Source of the DNA: Bdellovibrionales bacterium
Lineage (GTDB): Bacteria; Bdellovibrionota; Bdellovibrionia; Bdellovibrionales; UBA1609
Direction of reading: 5' to 3'
Length of the DNA: 64,000 nucleotides
Assembly: GCA_020628165.1 (NCBI GenBank)
Contig: JAHDFM010000008.1
Span: 2,247-66,246, forward strand
Shown: in pieces, positions 9,682 through 19,493 of the stretch
Position numbering within the stretch: position 1 is the first letter of the stretch
How the letters are laid out: each line of letters begins with the position of its first letter
Notes under the pieces: model-generated
What the model saw: the letters and a program-made list of their open reading frames with translations, nothing else
Database searches by the model: none
What the model was told of the DNA's origin: nothing
Made by a program: the position numbers and the translations under genes

Positions 9682-10338
9682 ATGTTTAAGGTCTTAATAT
9701 ACTATAGTGCTTATGACAAACTCGTTGAGATGGTCACAAAGATGAAGAAGATTGGCATTGACGTAGGAAGTCATCAGTCAGCCAATCAAGTTTTATCTCA
9801 GACAATTGAGTTCAACGCAGACTTTATCATTTTTGAAACTGGCAAAGACCCCGATGAAACCTTTGCTATGTCTGAAAAACTACATCATTTATTATCACCT
9901 CCGACAATTATACTCATTAAAAATGAAGATGAAATTTTAAATTCGGGCAAGGTGATGGCATCAAACATCTCTAAAGTCTTTACGGAGCCAATAGAGCAAG
10001 ACCATTTGATTGCCTACATGTTAGAGGTTAAGGGGCTAGACCCACAAGAGTACTTTGATAAGTATTTAAAAACAGATTACATACCCAAGCACAATAAAAA
10101 AACAGCTTCTTTAGCTCAGCAAAACAGTAAAGTAGAACAAAAATTTTCCGAACGAGATTATCTCAATAGTTTCACGCAAATGTTAGAAGAAGTGGATGTA
10201 GATCCCAATCAGTCTTTAGCGAGTGACAAACTTGAAGAGTTCAAAAAAAATGCAGAACCTGTGGACTTAGACGCTTCTGAAGAGTCTGAGAGAGATCGCT
10301 TTATGAAAGCCCTGCTGACCGGAAAGCCTGGCGATTAA
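9682..10338 (+). CDS. Receiver-like (pseudo-receiver) domain protein with an acidic C-terminal half
   Basis: CheY-like alternating beta/alpha pattern (KVLIYYS..., DFIIFETG, TIILIKNE, SKVFTEP). The acidic pocket DD is replaced by YS and the phospho-acceptor Asp by Glu. Confidence 0.6.
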   Translation: MFKVLIYYSAYDKLVEMVTKMKKIGIDVGSHQSANQVLSQTIEFNADFIIFETGKDPDETFAMSEKLHHLLSPPTIILIKNEDEILNSGKVMASNISKVFTEPIEQDHLIAYMLEVKGLDPQEYFDKYLKTDYIPKHNKKTASLAQQNSKVEQKFSERDYLNSFTQMLEEVDVDPNQSLASDKLEEFKKNAEPVDLDASEESERDRFMKALLTGKPGD

Positions 10339-10474
10339 CTTCATTAAAATCAATATCTTAGGCGGGGCTGCTGCAGTGTCAAATGATGCTTGTATACAGA
10401 AATAACTTGCTTTTTTGGTGTTTTTAAGACAATTTTTTGTATAGATTTGAATCGATTATGAAAGGAGTATTGCT

Positions 10475-10792
10475 ATGTCAACAAGTCCAGTGACAGACAG
10501 TTCATTTGAGGAAGAAGTTTTAAATAGTGACAAATTAGTTCTAGTCGACTTTTGGGCTGAATGGTGTGGACCTTGTCGTGCATTAGCTCCAAAATTAGAA
10601 GAGCTCTCTAATGAAATGTCAGAAGTGAAGATTGTGAAAGTGAACACTGATGAAAATAAAGAATCGCCAGCTAAGTACGGTGTGCGCGGAATCCCTACAA
10701 TGATTCTATTTAAGAACGGCCAAGAGGTCGACCAAGTTGTAGGTAATCAGCCCATCGACAACATCAAAGCAATGATTGAGAAACACTCTTAA
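10475..10792 (+). CDS. trxA: Thioredoxin
   Basis: WAEWCGPCR active site, 105 aa, [11 protein letters not shown] motif. Confidence 0.96.
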   Translation: MSTSPVTDSSFEEEVLNSDKLVLVDFWAEWCGPCRALAPKLEELSNEMSEVKIVKVNTDENKESPAKYGVRGIPTMILFKNGQEVDQVVGNQPIDNIKAMIEKHS

Positions 10793-10821
10793 GTCATTTG
10801 CTACGCAATTTAAAAAAATCA

Positions 10822-10875
10822 AACCTTCAGGCACTGATAGTTTTTAAGAACGTCAAAATGCTGAAGGTTTTTTTT
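10822..10875. terminator. Putative bidirectional terminator between convergent trxA and rodA
   Basis: AACCTTCAG (10822-10830) pairs with CTGAAGGTT (10861-10869). It is preceded by an A-run and followed by a T-run, but the loop is unusually long (30 nt). Confidence 0.45.
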
Positions 10876-10932
10876 GCTATGATTGCAGTCCTAGTCTTAT
10901 GAAACTGACCAACATTCAATTTTCCTCATTTC

Positions 10933-12051
10933 TTAAAAAAGATATCTATTGTAACCCACAGAAGATATGAGTCCTAAACCTAACATGACTGTCATCATGC
11001 TTGAGCCACCGTATGAAAGCAGTGGTAGGGGCATTCCCACAATTGGTAATATGCCAATGACCATTCCAATATTAATGACAGTGTGTAAAAATAAAAATGA
11101 AGTGATACCAACTACTAAGAGTGCCCCAAATTTATCTCTAGCTTCTTGGCTAATTCGTAAACAGCTAAAAAACAGAAGGGTGAATAGACCTAAGGTAAAA
11201 ATACTTCCTATGAAGCCATGCTCTTCACTCAGCACGCTGTAAATAAAGTCAGAATGGCGTTCTGGTATGAATTCAAGCTGTGACTGTGTCCCTTTTCGAA
11301 AACCTTTGCCAAGCAATCGTCCACTGCCCACAGCCACCTTTGATTGAATGCTATTGTAACCTTTTCCTCGAGGGTCACTGCCTGGGTCGAGAAAAGTTTC
11401 TACGCGATCTCTTTGATATGGCTTCAAACCAAAGTTCCAAACAAGGGGTGCTGCCAAAATACCAACGATGAGACAAAAAATAAGAATACTCAGCCGCACT
11501 CGAATGAAAACAATGATGGAAAGGGCAATTCCAATGATCAATAGGGAGGTTCCTAAATCAGGCTGTTTTAATGTTAGCATAAACGGGCATAAAGTTATGA
11601 TTGCAGGCATAATGAGGTCTTTAACACTAAGCCCATGAGGGTAGCTCCGTTCACTGAAGTGTTTGGCAAGAACTAAGGCCACGGCCACTTTCGCCGTTTC
11701 GGATGGCTGCCACATAAATACACCTAAATCGATCCAGCGTTGGGCTCCTAGAATTGTCACACCAAAAAGTTTAACACAGACGAGTGCTACGATATGAAAA
11801 AAGTAAAATGGGTAAGCCAGTCGTTTAAAAAAATTGTAATCTAAGAAAGTGGCAGTAAAAAAAATAAACCAACCCACACTGACCCAAAGCAATTGTTTCC
11901 AAAAAAGTTGGGTGTTGTGATTGAGGTGCAAACTGTGAGTGGCACTGTAAAGGTTGATCAAGCCGACAAACATTAAAGCAAAAATAATCAATGCCAATTT
12001 GTAATTGAATTTTGAAATAGAGAAATTAGTTTTGATATTAATTTGGCTCAA
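10933..12051 (-). CDS. rodA: Peptidoglycan glycosyltransferase RodA (SEDS family)
   Basis: FtsW/RodA/SpoVE family 10-TM protein (QPSETAKV, GLPLPLLSYGGSS motifs). ATGA overlap with the upstream PBP2 gene. Confidence 0.9.
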   Translation of the reverse strand: MSQINIKTNFSISKFNYKLALIIFALMFVGLINLYSATHSLHLNHNTQLFWKQLLWVSVGWFIFFTATFLDYNFFKRLAYPFYFFHIVALVCVKLFGVTILGAQRWIDLGVFMWQPSETAKVAVALVLAKHFSERSYPHGLSVKDLIMPAIITLCPFMLTLKQPDLGTSLLIIGIALSIIVFIRVRLSILIFCLIVGILAAPLVWNFGLKPYQRDRVETFLDPGSDPRGKGYNSIQSKVAVGSGRLLGKGFRKGTQSQLEFIPERHSDFIYSVLSEEHGFIGSIFTLGLFTLLFFSCLRISQEARDKFGALLVVGITSFLFLHTVINIGMVIGILPIVGMPLPLLSYGGSSMMTVMLGLGLISSVGYNRYLF

Positions 12052-14009
12052 TGATTGAGGGCTCCTATTTTTTTGCCTTGTGTTTGTAAAAAGACATCCG
12101 GTTTGTACTTTTCTAAATAAGCAAGAACAATGTCTTTGAAGACTCCTGCGCCCCCAAGAGCCCCTGAACAGCCATGCTCTGCCAGCACGGCTATGGTGAT
12201 TTCTGGGTTTTTGTAAGGTGCAAAGCCAGCAAACCAGCCATGATGACGAAACTTGCGCGGTCGGTTTTTACATTTTTTATATATGTTCTGGGCAGAGAAC
12301 CTTTTAACTTGAGATGTTCCCGTTTTACCAGCCATCTCAAAATTTCTGATTTGATACCACTTGGCTGTACCCTTATCACCATGAAAGACATCTTTCATTC
12401 CCATTTTAACAGCTTTAAAATGTTTGGCTTTGATATGGTACTTTCTACTTGAATTTTGTTGAGTCAAGTCATCGATGAGCTCGGGTTGGTGAGTCTCGAG
12501 CTCATTGTTGTTGTGATCGAGAACTTTTTTTATGAGGTAAGGTTTATATATTTTCCCATCTTGAGCGATAACATTGTAGGCCTTGGCAATTTGCAATGCC
12601 GTGGTTTCAACATAACTTTGACCAATAGCTGAAAGAATGGTTTCTCCCGGAGTCCACACTTCACCAAACGTTTTTTTCTTCCATTTTTTTGATGGCATAA
12701 TGCCTCTAGATTCATAGCCAATATTGAGGTTGGTTTTTTCGCCCAAACCAAAAAGTTTTGAGTAGTTGTGGATGCGATCAATTCCTAAGGTTTGTCCAAC
12801 TTTATAAAAAAAGACATTGCTGGAAGCTTCGATGGCTTGCTTAACGTTGATGTGACCGTGACCTTCTCGGTGGGAGTCATGATAAATTCCCTTGCCTAAT
12901 TTGAAGCTGCCAGGAGCGTGAAGCTTTGTGTATTCACTGATAATTTTTTCTTGCAGGGCTGCAAGTGCAATGATGGGTTTAAAGGTCGAGCCAGGTGGAA
13001 ACGGGTCTTGGATCACTCGATTGCGCAAAGGGCGGTCAGGGTTGTTGGTCAGGGCTGACCATTCTTTCACAGAAATTCCAGTGGTGAAGTTGTTGGGGTC
13101 AAAAGCTGGGGCACTGACCCACGCAAGGATTTCACCCGTGTTTTTTAACACAACGATACTGCCAACTCGGTCACCCAGCCAGTCCTCTCGTTGGAACGCT
13201 TTGTAGGCGGCTTCTTGAATGTCTTTATCTATTGTGAGCACAAGCGATTTGCCAGGTGTGGGTGGTTGAGGCTTAATGCTTAAGAACTTACTTGAGCTTT
13301 TGTATGTTTTGCGACCTCTGGCATCCACTTCGATGAACTCTGCACCATTGTAGCCTTTAAGGACAGGCTCAAGTGAAAGCTCAATACCTTTTTTGCCGAC
13401 AAGGTCTCCGCGTTCAAAATTGTGCTCAGGGTGTTTTTTAGAGAGCTTTATGATCTCTGACTTTGAGATAGGGCGCACAAAGCCAAACAGTTGCGCCCCA
13501 TTCGTTTTTAAATTGTATTTGCGCAATAATGTTTTTTCAATTTCAAGGCCCGTGTATTGCACACGCAATCGTTTTAATTTAAACACTTCTTCGCGTGACA
13601 AGTTCTTTTTTATAATAACTGGTAGGAAGGGACCATTACGACGTTTGCCTTTCACGACCTTTTCTTTGATCTGATAGGCGTCCATTTCTAAGATAGGAGC
13701 AATTGTTTCACTCAAGTGATCAAGTTTTTTAGTGTATTGGGGCGATATAGTGACAACATATCCAGGGTAATTGTTAACGAGTGTTCTGTTTTCAGTGTCA
13801 TAAATGACTCCTCGGGGAGCCAGTATTTTGGTTTTTTTAAGACTGTTTCTGTCAGAAAAAGTTTTGAGTTCATCACCTGTGGTGATTTGTAAATGCCAAA
13901 GTCGAAAGGCAATGAGGCTCATACTGAAGATGACAAGTAGGTAGACCAGCTTATAACTGACATTATTTTTTTTAGTGAAGTATTTGTCTTCGTTAAATGC
14001 GCCAGCCAT
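12048..14009 (-). CDS. mrdA: Penicillin-binding protein 2 (elongasome transpeptidase)
   Basis: N-terminal anchor + PBP dimerisation domain + transpeptidase motifs STFK, SSN and KTGT. Sits between mreD and rodA. Confidence 0.93.
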   Translation of the reverse strand: MAGAFNEDKYFTKKNNVSYKLVYLLVIFSMSLIAFRLWHLQITTGDELKTFSDRNSLKKTKILAPRGVIYDTENRTLVNNYPGYVVTISPQYTKKLDHLSETIAPILEMDAYQIKEKVVKGKRRNGPFLPVIIKKNLSREEVFKLKRLRVQYTGLEIEKTLLRKYNLKTNGAQLFGFVRPISKSEIIKLSKKHPEHNFERGDLVGKKGIELSLEPVLKGYNGAEFIEVDARGRKTYKSSSKFLSIKPQPPTPGKSLVLTIDKDIQEAAYKAFQREDWLGDRVGSIVVLKNTGEILAWVSAPAFDPNNFTTGISVKEWSALTNNPDRPLRNRVIQDPFPPGSTFKPIIALAALQEKIISEYTKLHAPGSFKLGKGIYHDSHREGHGHINVKQAIEASSNVFFYKVGQTLGIDRIHNYSKLFGLGEKTNLNIGYESRGIMPSKKWKKKTFGEVWTPGETILSAIGQSYVETTALQIAKAYNVIAQDGKIYKPYLIKKVLDHNNNELETHQPELIDDLTQQNSSRKYHIKAKHFKAVKMGMKDVFHGDKGTAKWYQIRNFEMAGKTGTSQVKRFSAQNIYKKCKNRPRKFRHHGWFAGFAPYKNPEITIAVLAEHGCSGALGGAGVFKDIVLAYLEKYKPDVFLQTQGKKIGALNH

Positions 14010-14012
14010 TAA

Positions 14013-14543
14013 TTAAACCCCCACTTCTCTTGGCCACTTTTTAGACATGACTTGGTCAAACCAAATATAAAAGTGGTAGAGTGAGATAGATAATAAAAAT
14101 GTGATCATACCACTGATAAACCAATTTAAATATTCAAATTGATGTATTGGGTTGAGTTCTATCAACTGTGATGCACAAAAGTGAATGATCGGAAATATCA
14201 GAGTCATAAAAAAAGTAACAAAAGCCAAATAAATAGGTCTTTGTATGATAAAGCGTGAGCGAATCAGCAGGAGCGCAAAAGCAAGGCTTGAGTTACATAA
14301 AATAAATAGGCCTAAAGGAATTGAAGTGAAAGGGGCAGCAATAAAACTAATAACGTAAACAGACAAAATAAATTCAAAGAGGTTGCGATAGAAGCAAGTA
14401 AAAACAATCAAGGTGATCCACAAGGATGGGTTTGGGGCTTGAGTAAAAAGCTGCATCCACACACTTCCCTGCAGAGACATCAGGCAAATGAAGGCTAAAA
14501 AAAATAAGATAAAATGCAAGCCATTGTTAATCAGTGATTTCAT
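14013..14543 (-). CDS. mreD: Rod shape-determining protein MreD
   Basis: Small polytopic membrane protein between mreC and mrdA. Start moved to Met at 14543 (MKSLINNGLHF...), which still overlaps the mreC stop by 17 nt. Confidence 0.75.
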   Translation of the reverse strand: MKSLINNGLHFILFFLAFICLMSLQGSVWMQLFTQAPNPSLWITLIVFTCFYRNLFEFILSVYVISFIAAPFTSIPLGLFILCNSSLAFALLLIRSRFIIQRPIYLAFVTFFMTLIFPIIHFCASQLIELNPIHQFEYLNWFISGMITFLLSISLYHFYIWFDQVMSKKWPREVGV

Positions 14544-15507
14544 TGTTATCGCCTGAGTCCTGGTTTTTAAGTTGTATGTATTTTTCTTGAATGGTTTTGA
14601 GAGCCTCTTCCTCTGTCGACTCAACAGGCTCTAAATCGGCATTATTTGTAGCCAGAATAATAAAAAGTTCTTCTGTGATGTAGGGGTTGATTGCAGGTTT
14701 AATCAGTAAATGATCGATAGAGTTTTGTGCGCCTTTTTTGATTTCAACAATCTTACCAACGGGAAAACCTTTTGGGAAAACGTTGTAAAGTCCACTGGTC
14801 ACGATGTTGTCATTGATTTTAATCTCACTGTCTTGGTCAATTTGATTGATGCGACTGAAGTTTTTTGAATGGCCTTCGAGCAGCCCTCTTGCTCGGGTTC
14901 TTTGTACGATCACATCTGCTACAAAGTAACGGTCTGTGATGAGTAAAATTTTAGCTGTTTTGGGCAGACTTTCAACAACATACCCTACAATCCCTCCAGG
15001 AGTGATTGCCGCCATGTTTTTTTCAATTCCGTGTTTGTAACCTTTATCAATCACTAAGGCACTTTGATCGGGAAGGACGGAGCTTGCGATCACTTTAGCG
15101 CCGAGCAGATCCATATTGGTGTTTTTCTTAAAACTTAGAAGCTTATTGAGTCTTTGATTTTCAAGCTTTAGCTCAGACAAAGCACCGAGCTGTGCTTTGA
15201 GCTCTTCATTTTTTTTAATTAAAAATTTATTTTCTTTTTTGGTTCCAATAAGGTTGAGATAAGTTTGAGTGGTTCCCCGAACTCCTGAACTGAGCTTGTA
15301 ATAAGAGCGTTGGATGCCTTGACTTATGATCATAAAGGGGAGAATGCTCCAATGCGACTCTTGAGGGTTATGTTCAATGTTAGCTGATATAAGTGGAACA
15401 ATCACAATAAAGACAAAGATAATAATTTTTTTATAATCAATGCTGAAATTGAACAAAATAGGGTCCTTGTTGACAGTGAGTTGAAGTGAACAGTGGGTGT
15501 TTCTCAA
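14527..15507 (-). CDS. mreC: Rod shape-determining protein MreC
   Basis: N-terminal TM, coiled coil (LKAQLGALSELKLENQRLNKLL), then MreC beta-barrel domains (VIASSVLPDQSALVIDKG..., VVTSGLYNVFPKGFPVGKIV). Confidence 0.88.
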   Translation of the reverse strand: MRNTHCSLQLTVNKDPILFNFSIDYKKIIIFVFIVIVPLISANIEHNPQESHWSILPFMIISQGIQRSYYKLSSGVRGTTQTYLNLIGTKKENKFLIKKNEELKAQLGALSELKLENQRLNKLLSFKKNTNMDLLGAKVIASSVLPDQSALVIDKGYKHGIEKNMAAITPGGIVGYVVESLPKTAKILLITDRYFVADVIVQRTRARGLLEGHSKNFSRINQIDQDSEIKINDNIVTSGLYNVFPKGFPVGKIVEIKKGAQNSIDHLLIKPAINPYITEELFIILATNNADLEPVESTEEEALKTIQEKYIQLKNQDSGDNNEITD

Positions 15508-15732
15508 TATTGCGAGGACACTCTTAAATTAATACAAACATCAAGCCGTAGAAAACCGTTGTCGTTGTAAAATTTTAAGTCCATGTTCGTCTGTTATGGT
15601 TTTAATTTAGAAATAAATAATATATGCGTCAAGTTACCGACGAAATTGAAATTATTTAAATTGACTCAGTAAATTGACCCATCATAAAACAGGGCTTAAC
15701 ATCATACTTTTAAAGAGTTATCGGGAGATAAA

Positions 15733-17256
15733 ATGTTAGATAAATTGAGAGATCCAACCAAAAATAAAAGCAGTGTAAAACGTTTTTTCTACTTGATTCT
15801 TTTTGCCGCGATCATACTCACTTTTGTATTCATGACTGGCACTGGGGCACCTGTTGGTGGAGCTGCTGGAGGGATTGCTGCTGTGGTTAACGGAGAGGTT
15901 ATCAGTTTTAGAGACTTTTCAACCACTTTTAGCCGCCAGGAAAGCCAAATGCAGCAAAGTATGAAGAACATTCCTGCTGCGATGCGTAGTATGTACGAGA
16001 GTCAATTTGGTACGCGCGAGCAAAGAGCTCAGAGAGTGCTTGAGCAAATGATTCAAAATAAATTGGCGACTCAACTTGCAGGTGATTCTGGTGTATTTGT
16101 AAGTGACAAAGAAGTGCTAACTGAAATTTCTAAAATGGATGTTTTTCAAGAGAATGGTCAATTCAAAGCCTCACGATACCATCAGTTATTGCAAGCGAAT
16201 CAGTTAAGTCCCGCAAAATTTGAAGATAACATTCGAGGGGACATTGCGTTTTCTCGTTTTCAACGCCTTTTCTTAAATTCAGTCAAAGCCACAAATGCCG
16301 ATGTTGAGTTAGACAAGTATGCGAATAGTCAAAAAGTCAGTGTTGATTTTATCGAGGTCTCTCAAGATGCGCTGAAAAAAGGCATGAAAGTAGATGCTGG
16401 TCAGCTTGGAGATTTTAAGTCGAAGCAAATGGATAAGATCAAAACCTACTACAACGACAATAAATCTCAATACACTCTGCCTGAAAAAGTGGCTGTAAGT
16501 CACATCCTTATAAAAACTAAGTCTCAAAGTGATGAAGATTACAAAGCTGCTTTAGATAAAATTACAGACATCAGAAAACAAATCACAGATTCCAATTTTG
16601 CCGATCTTGCTGAGAAGTATAGTGAGGACACTGGCAGTAAAGTTAAGGGCGGTTCTCTTGGTGAAGTCGATAAAAATGTCAGTTTTGTTGAGCCATTTAA
16701 AAAAGCTGTGTTTTCACTGAAAGTTGGAGAGCTTTCCCAACCGGTAAAAACTCGCTTCGGTTATCATGTGATCAAAGTCACTGGTAAGAAAGACGGACGT
16801 GTTAAGCCTCTTGCTGAAGTGACTGATGAAATTGCTAAAAAATTCATTATTGATGAAAATGTTAAAAAAGATATGGACGCACTAATGAAGGGTGAAGACT
16901 CATCCCTAACCAAACTTAAAAAGCTACAAGCTGATTACGGGTTAAAATGGAAAAACACTGGTGAATTCAGTTTGTCTCAAAATCAAGTTCCACAGTTGGG
17001 AGATGCCAGTAAGATTTGGGAAACAGTATCAAAAGCATTGACCACTCAAGCAACTGAGATGGTTGAAAGTGGTGGGAAGTACTATCTTATTAAGGTGAAA
17101 GATTCAAAATTTGAAGCCGCTAAAAAAGATGAAAAACTTGAAGATAAAATCGACCAGCTCAGTGCTGAAAGAACAAATTTAGCTGTACAAGCTTGGGTTG
17201 ATAGTCAAAAAGACTCTGCATCTATTAAAAGAAACTTAAAGGTTTTTAACTTTTAA
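15733..17256 (+). CDS. ppiD: Periplasmic chaperone / peptidyl-prolyl isomerase, PpiD-like (SurA_N + parvulin)
   Basis: N-terminal membrane anchor, SurA_N-like region and a parvulin domain (VSHILIK...FADLAEKYSED..GSKVKGGSLGEV...FGYHVIKV). Confidence 0.85.
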   Translation: MLDKLRDPTKNKSSVKRFFYLILFAAIILTFVFMTGTGAPVGGAAGGIAAVVNGEVISFRDFSTTFSRQESQMQQSMKNIPAAMRSMYESQFGTREQRAQRVLEQMIQNKLATQLAGDSGVFVSDKEVLTEISKMDVFQENGQFKASRYHQLLQANQLSPAKFEDNIRGDIAFSRFQRLFLNSVKATNADVELDKYANSQKVSVDFIEVSQDALKKGMKVDAGQLGDFKSKQMDKIKTYYNDNKSQYTLPEKVAVSHILIKTKSQSDEDYKAALDKITDIRKQITDSNFADLAEKYSEDTGSKVKGGSLGEVDKNVSFVEPFKKAVFSLKVGELSQPVKTRFGYHVIKVTGKKDGRVKPLAEVTDEIAKKFIIDENVKKDMDALMKGEDSSLTKLKKLQADYGLKWKNTGEFSLSQNQVPQLGDASKIWETVSKALTTQATEMVESGGKYYLIKVKDSKFEAAKKDEKLEDKIDQLSAERTNLAVQAWVDSQKDSASIKRNLKVFNF

Positions 17257-17582
17257 GTGAAACTGTTTGGGCCGACACTAAGGCCCAATCATTGATTATA
17301 GTAAGAGTTAATTAATAAATATTAACTCTATTAAGTGCTAATGTGTTCTTTTCGTGCCACTCAATTGTGTTGTTTCTTGTGTCTCAATTTAAAATAAAAA
17401 TTTGATATATCTATCAATAAAAAAGGCTTAATTTTAAAGACTTTTATGGATTTAATAAATCTTTCAGATGGTTTAAAGCCTTTGTTTCATGTTGAGAAAA
17501 TAAATAGTTTGTGTTTACGGATTTAAGGCTTAAGTTTTTAGTCTAGGCCCCGATAAGTTTCAAAAGCTTGAGAGGTCCGTAC

Positions 17583-19493
17583 GTGAGAACTATTTGTGTA
17601 TTGTTATTATTATTGTTGTCGCTCCCTGTGTATTCTTTAGAATACGTTCCCGGTGAAGTTATTGTTAAAATGAAGCCATCCTCTGGCCAGCAAAATTCTA
17701 TACAAAATTTTATAAGTAAAGTGAGCACTGATCGCAAGATGGAGTTAAAGCAAGCGTTCAAAGATATGAACATGTACCACTATAAAATTGACGATCAAGA
17801 TTCTGTCCACAACGCTATTAGTGATTTAGAAATGGACCCAGATGTAGAGTTTGTGGAACCAAACTATATTGTTAGAAAGGCGACCGTCTTTGATAATCAG
17901 TTGCAGTCAATGACGCCAGAAGAAGTGGCTTTAATGAAAGCAACGGCACTGAGCACACAAACATCTGACATTGGTTTACCGATCACACCTTCGGGACGGC
18001 AAAACTTAGGGGAGCAAGGTGAGAACTCAGTCTCTTCCAAGGTCACTGCACTTTCATTTGTGCCAGTGGTTGCCGTAGTGGATACCGGCTTAGATATCAA
18101 TCACGATGTGTTTGTTGATAGCGGAGCGATTTGGACAAACTCAGCAGAAATCCCAAGTAACGGCATAGATGATGACGGAAACGGTTACATTGATGATGTG
18201 AATGGGTGGAACTTTGTTTCTAAGAACGGAAATATGTTAGATGATGAAGGGCACGGCACTCACGTTTCTGGTACAGTTTTAAGTGCGGGTATGGATATTT
18301 TCACAACCCCCTATGAAGCTTCGCCGATGAAAATTATGCCACTAAAATTTTTAGATCACACAGGAAGTGGAAAAACATCTGACGCCATTTCTGCTATTTA
18401 TTATGCTGTTAATAATGGCGCGCACATTATCAATAACTCTTGGGGAGGGGCTGGTTACAGTGCATCCCTTCACGAAGCCATTGCTTACAGTTACTTTAAT
18501 GAAGTGTCTTTCACTGCAGCGGCAGGTAACTCTGGCTCGAACAATGACAGTTCACCTATGTACCCTGCAAGCTATGACGTCCCACATTTGATGGCCGTGG
18601 CAGCGACAACATCTCTAGATGATTTAGCCTCATTTTCAAATTATGGGTACGCATCTGTAGATTTAGGTAGTCCTGGAGTTTTCATTTTAAGTACAATCCC
18701 GTGTTCAGGTGGAACATGCGGGCATGGGACTTCTTCGGGAACCAGTATGGCAACGCCTTTTGTTTCTGGAATTGCTGCGATGATGTTAATAGAAGCTCCA
18801 ACTATGTTGCCATATCAGATTAAGGAAATTATTTTTGGTGAATCAGATTATATTGCTGACTTAGACAACTTGATCAATACCGAAAGTCGTATCAACGGAA
18901 CAGCATCAGTTACCAATGCTTCAACGGCATCGATTGATGCAACCCAACCAGATTACACTTTCACTCCTCTACGGACCCTAGCAAGTTCTAGCTCTGGTGG
19001 TGGTTGTGGATTGGTCAAAAATATGTATCAACAACAACAACCAAAAGCTGGTGGTGGCAACGGTGGTGCTAAGAGTACGAAAATCCCATGGTCAGTTTTT
19101 ATGATCTTAGGTTTGTTTGGTTTGCCATTTGCGATTGCCCAGTTTATGAAAAAGAAGTCTGTATCAACACAAGTTAACCGCAGAAAGCATGAGCGCTTTA
19201 AAATGGAGTCTACGGTGTCGATGGAAATTGGCGGTAAAAAAGTCAATGGACATGTCAACTGCATATCACAAGGTGGTGTGCGCATGAACACCCAAGAGCT
19301 CCTTGAAAAAGGCGGCGTTATCAAGATGGTGATTTCAAGTCCTGATGGGTCAGAGCAAATTGAAGTGAGTGGCCAGATTGTATGGGAGAGTGATAAACAA
19401 TCTTATGGTGTTCAGTTTAAAAATGTTGCTGATGAAGTAAGTGATCAAATTGAAAATTGGACCAAAGATTTATCTCCAGAACCTTATAAATAA
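17583..19493 (+). CDS. Subtilisin-family (S8) serine protease with I9 propeptide, one TM helix and a C-terminal PilZ domain
   Basis: Start set at GTG 17583, 7 nt after GAGAGG (the ORF track opens at TTG 17568). Triad motifs VAVVDTGLD, HGTHVSG and GTSMATPFVSG. TM at 19083-19148. PilZ RRKHER at 19179-19196 and NCISQGG at 19257-19277. Confidence 0.9.
   Translation: MRTICVLLLLLLSLPVYSLEYVPGEVIVKMKPSSGQQNSIQNFISKVSTDRKMELKQAFKDMNMYHYKIDDQDSVHNAISDLEMDPDVEFVEPNYIVRKATVFDNQLQSMTPEEVALMKATALSTQTSDIGLPITPSGRQNLGEQGENSVSSKVTALSFVPVVAVVDTGLDINHDVFVDSGAIWTNSAEIPSNGIDDDGNGYIDDVNGWNFVSKNGNMLDDEGHGTHVSGTVLSAGMDIFTTPYEASPMKIMPLKFLDHTGSGKTSDAISAIYYAVNNGAHIINNSWGGAGYSASLHEAIAYSYFNEVSFTAAAGNSGSNNDSSPMYPASYDVPHLMAVAATTSLDDLASFSNYGYASVDLGSPGVFILSTIPCSGGTCGHGTSSGTSMATPFVSGIAAMMLIEAPTMLPYQIKEIIFGESDYIADLDNLINTESRINGTASVTNASTASIDATQPDYTFTPLRTLASSSSGGGCGLVKNMYQQQQPKAGGGNGGAKSTKIPWSVFMILGLFGLPFAIAQFMKKKSVSTQVNRRKHERFKMESTVSMEIGGKKVNGHVNCISQGGVRMNTQELLEKGGVIKMVISSPDGSEQIEVSGQIVWESDKQSYGVQFKNVADEVSDQIENWTKDLSPEPYK

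Noticed and set aside
19000-19150. MYXO-CTERM / sortase-like C-terminal sorting signal (GGGCG + TM + basic cluster) in the subtilase.
   Set aside because: The Cys-containing GGGCGL motif is about 30 residues from the helix, and the protein continues for about 135 aa (the PilZ domain) after the helix. It is therefore not a terminal sorting tag.
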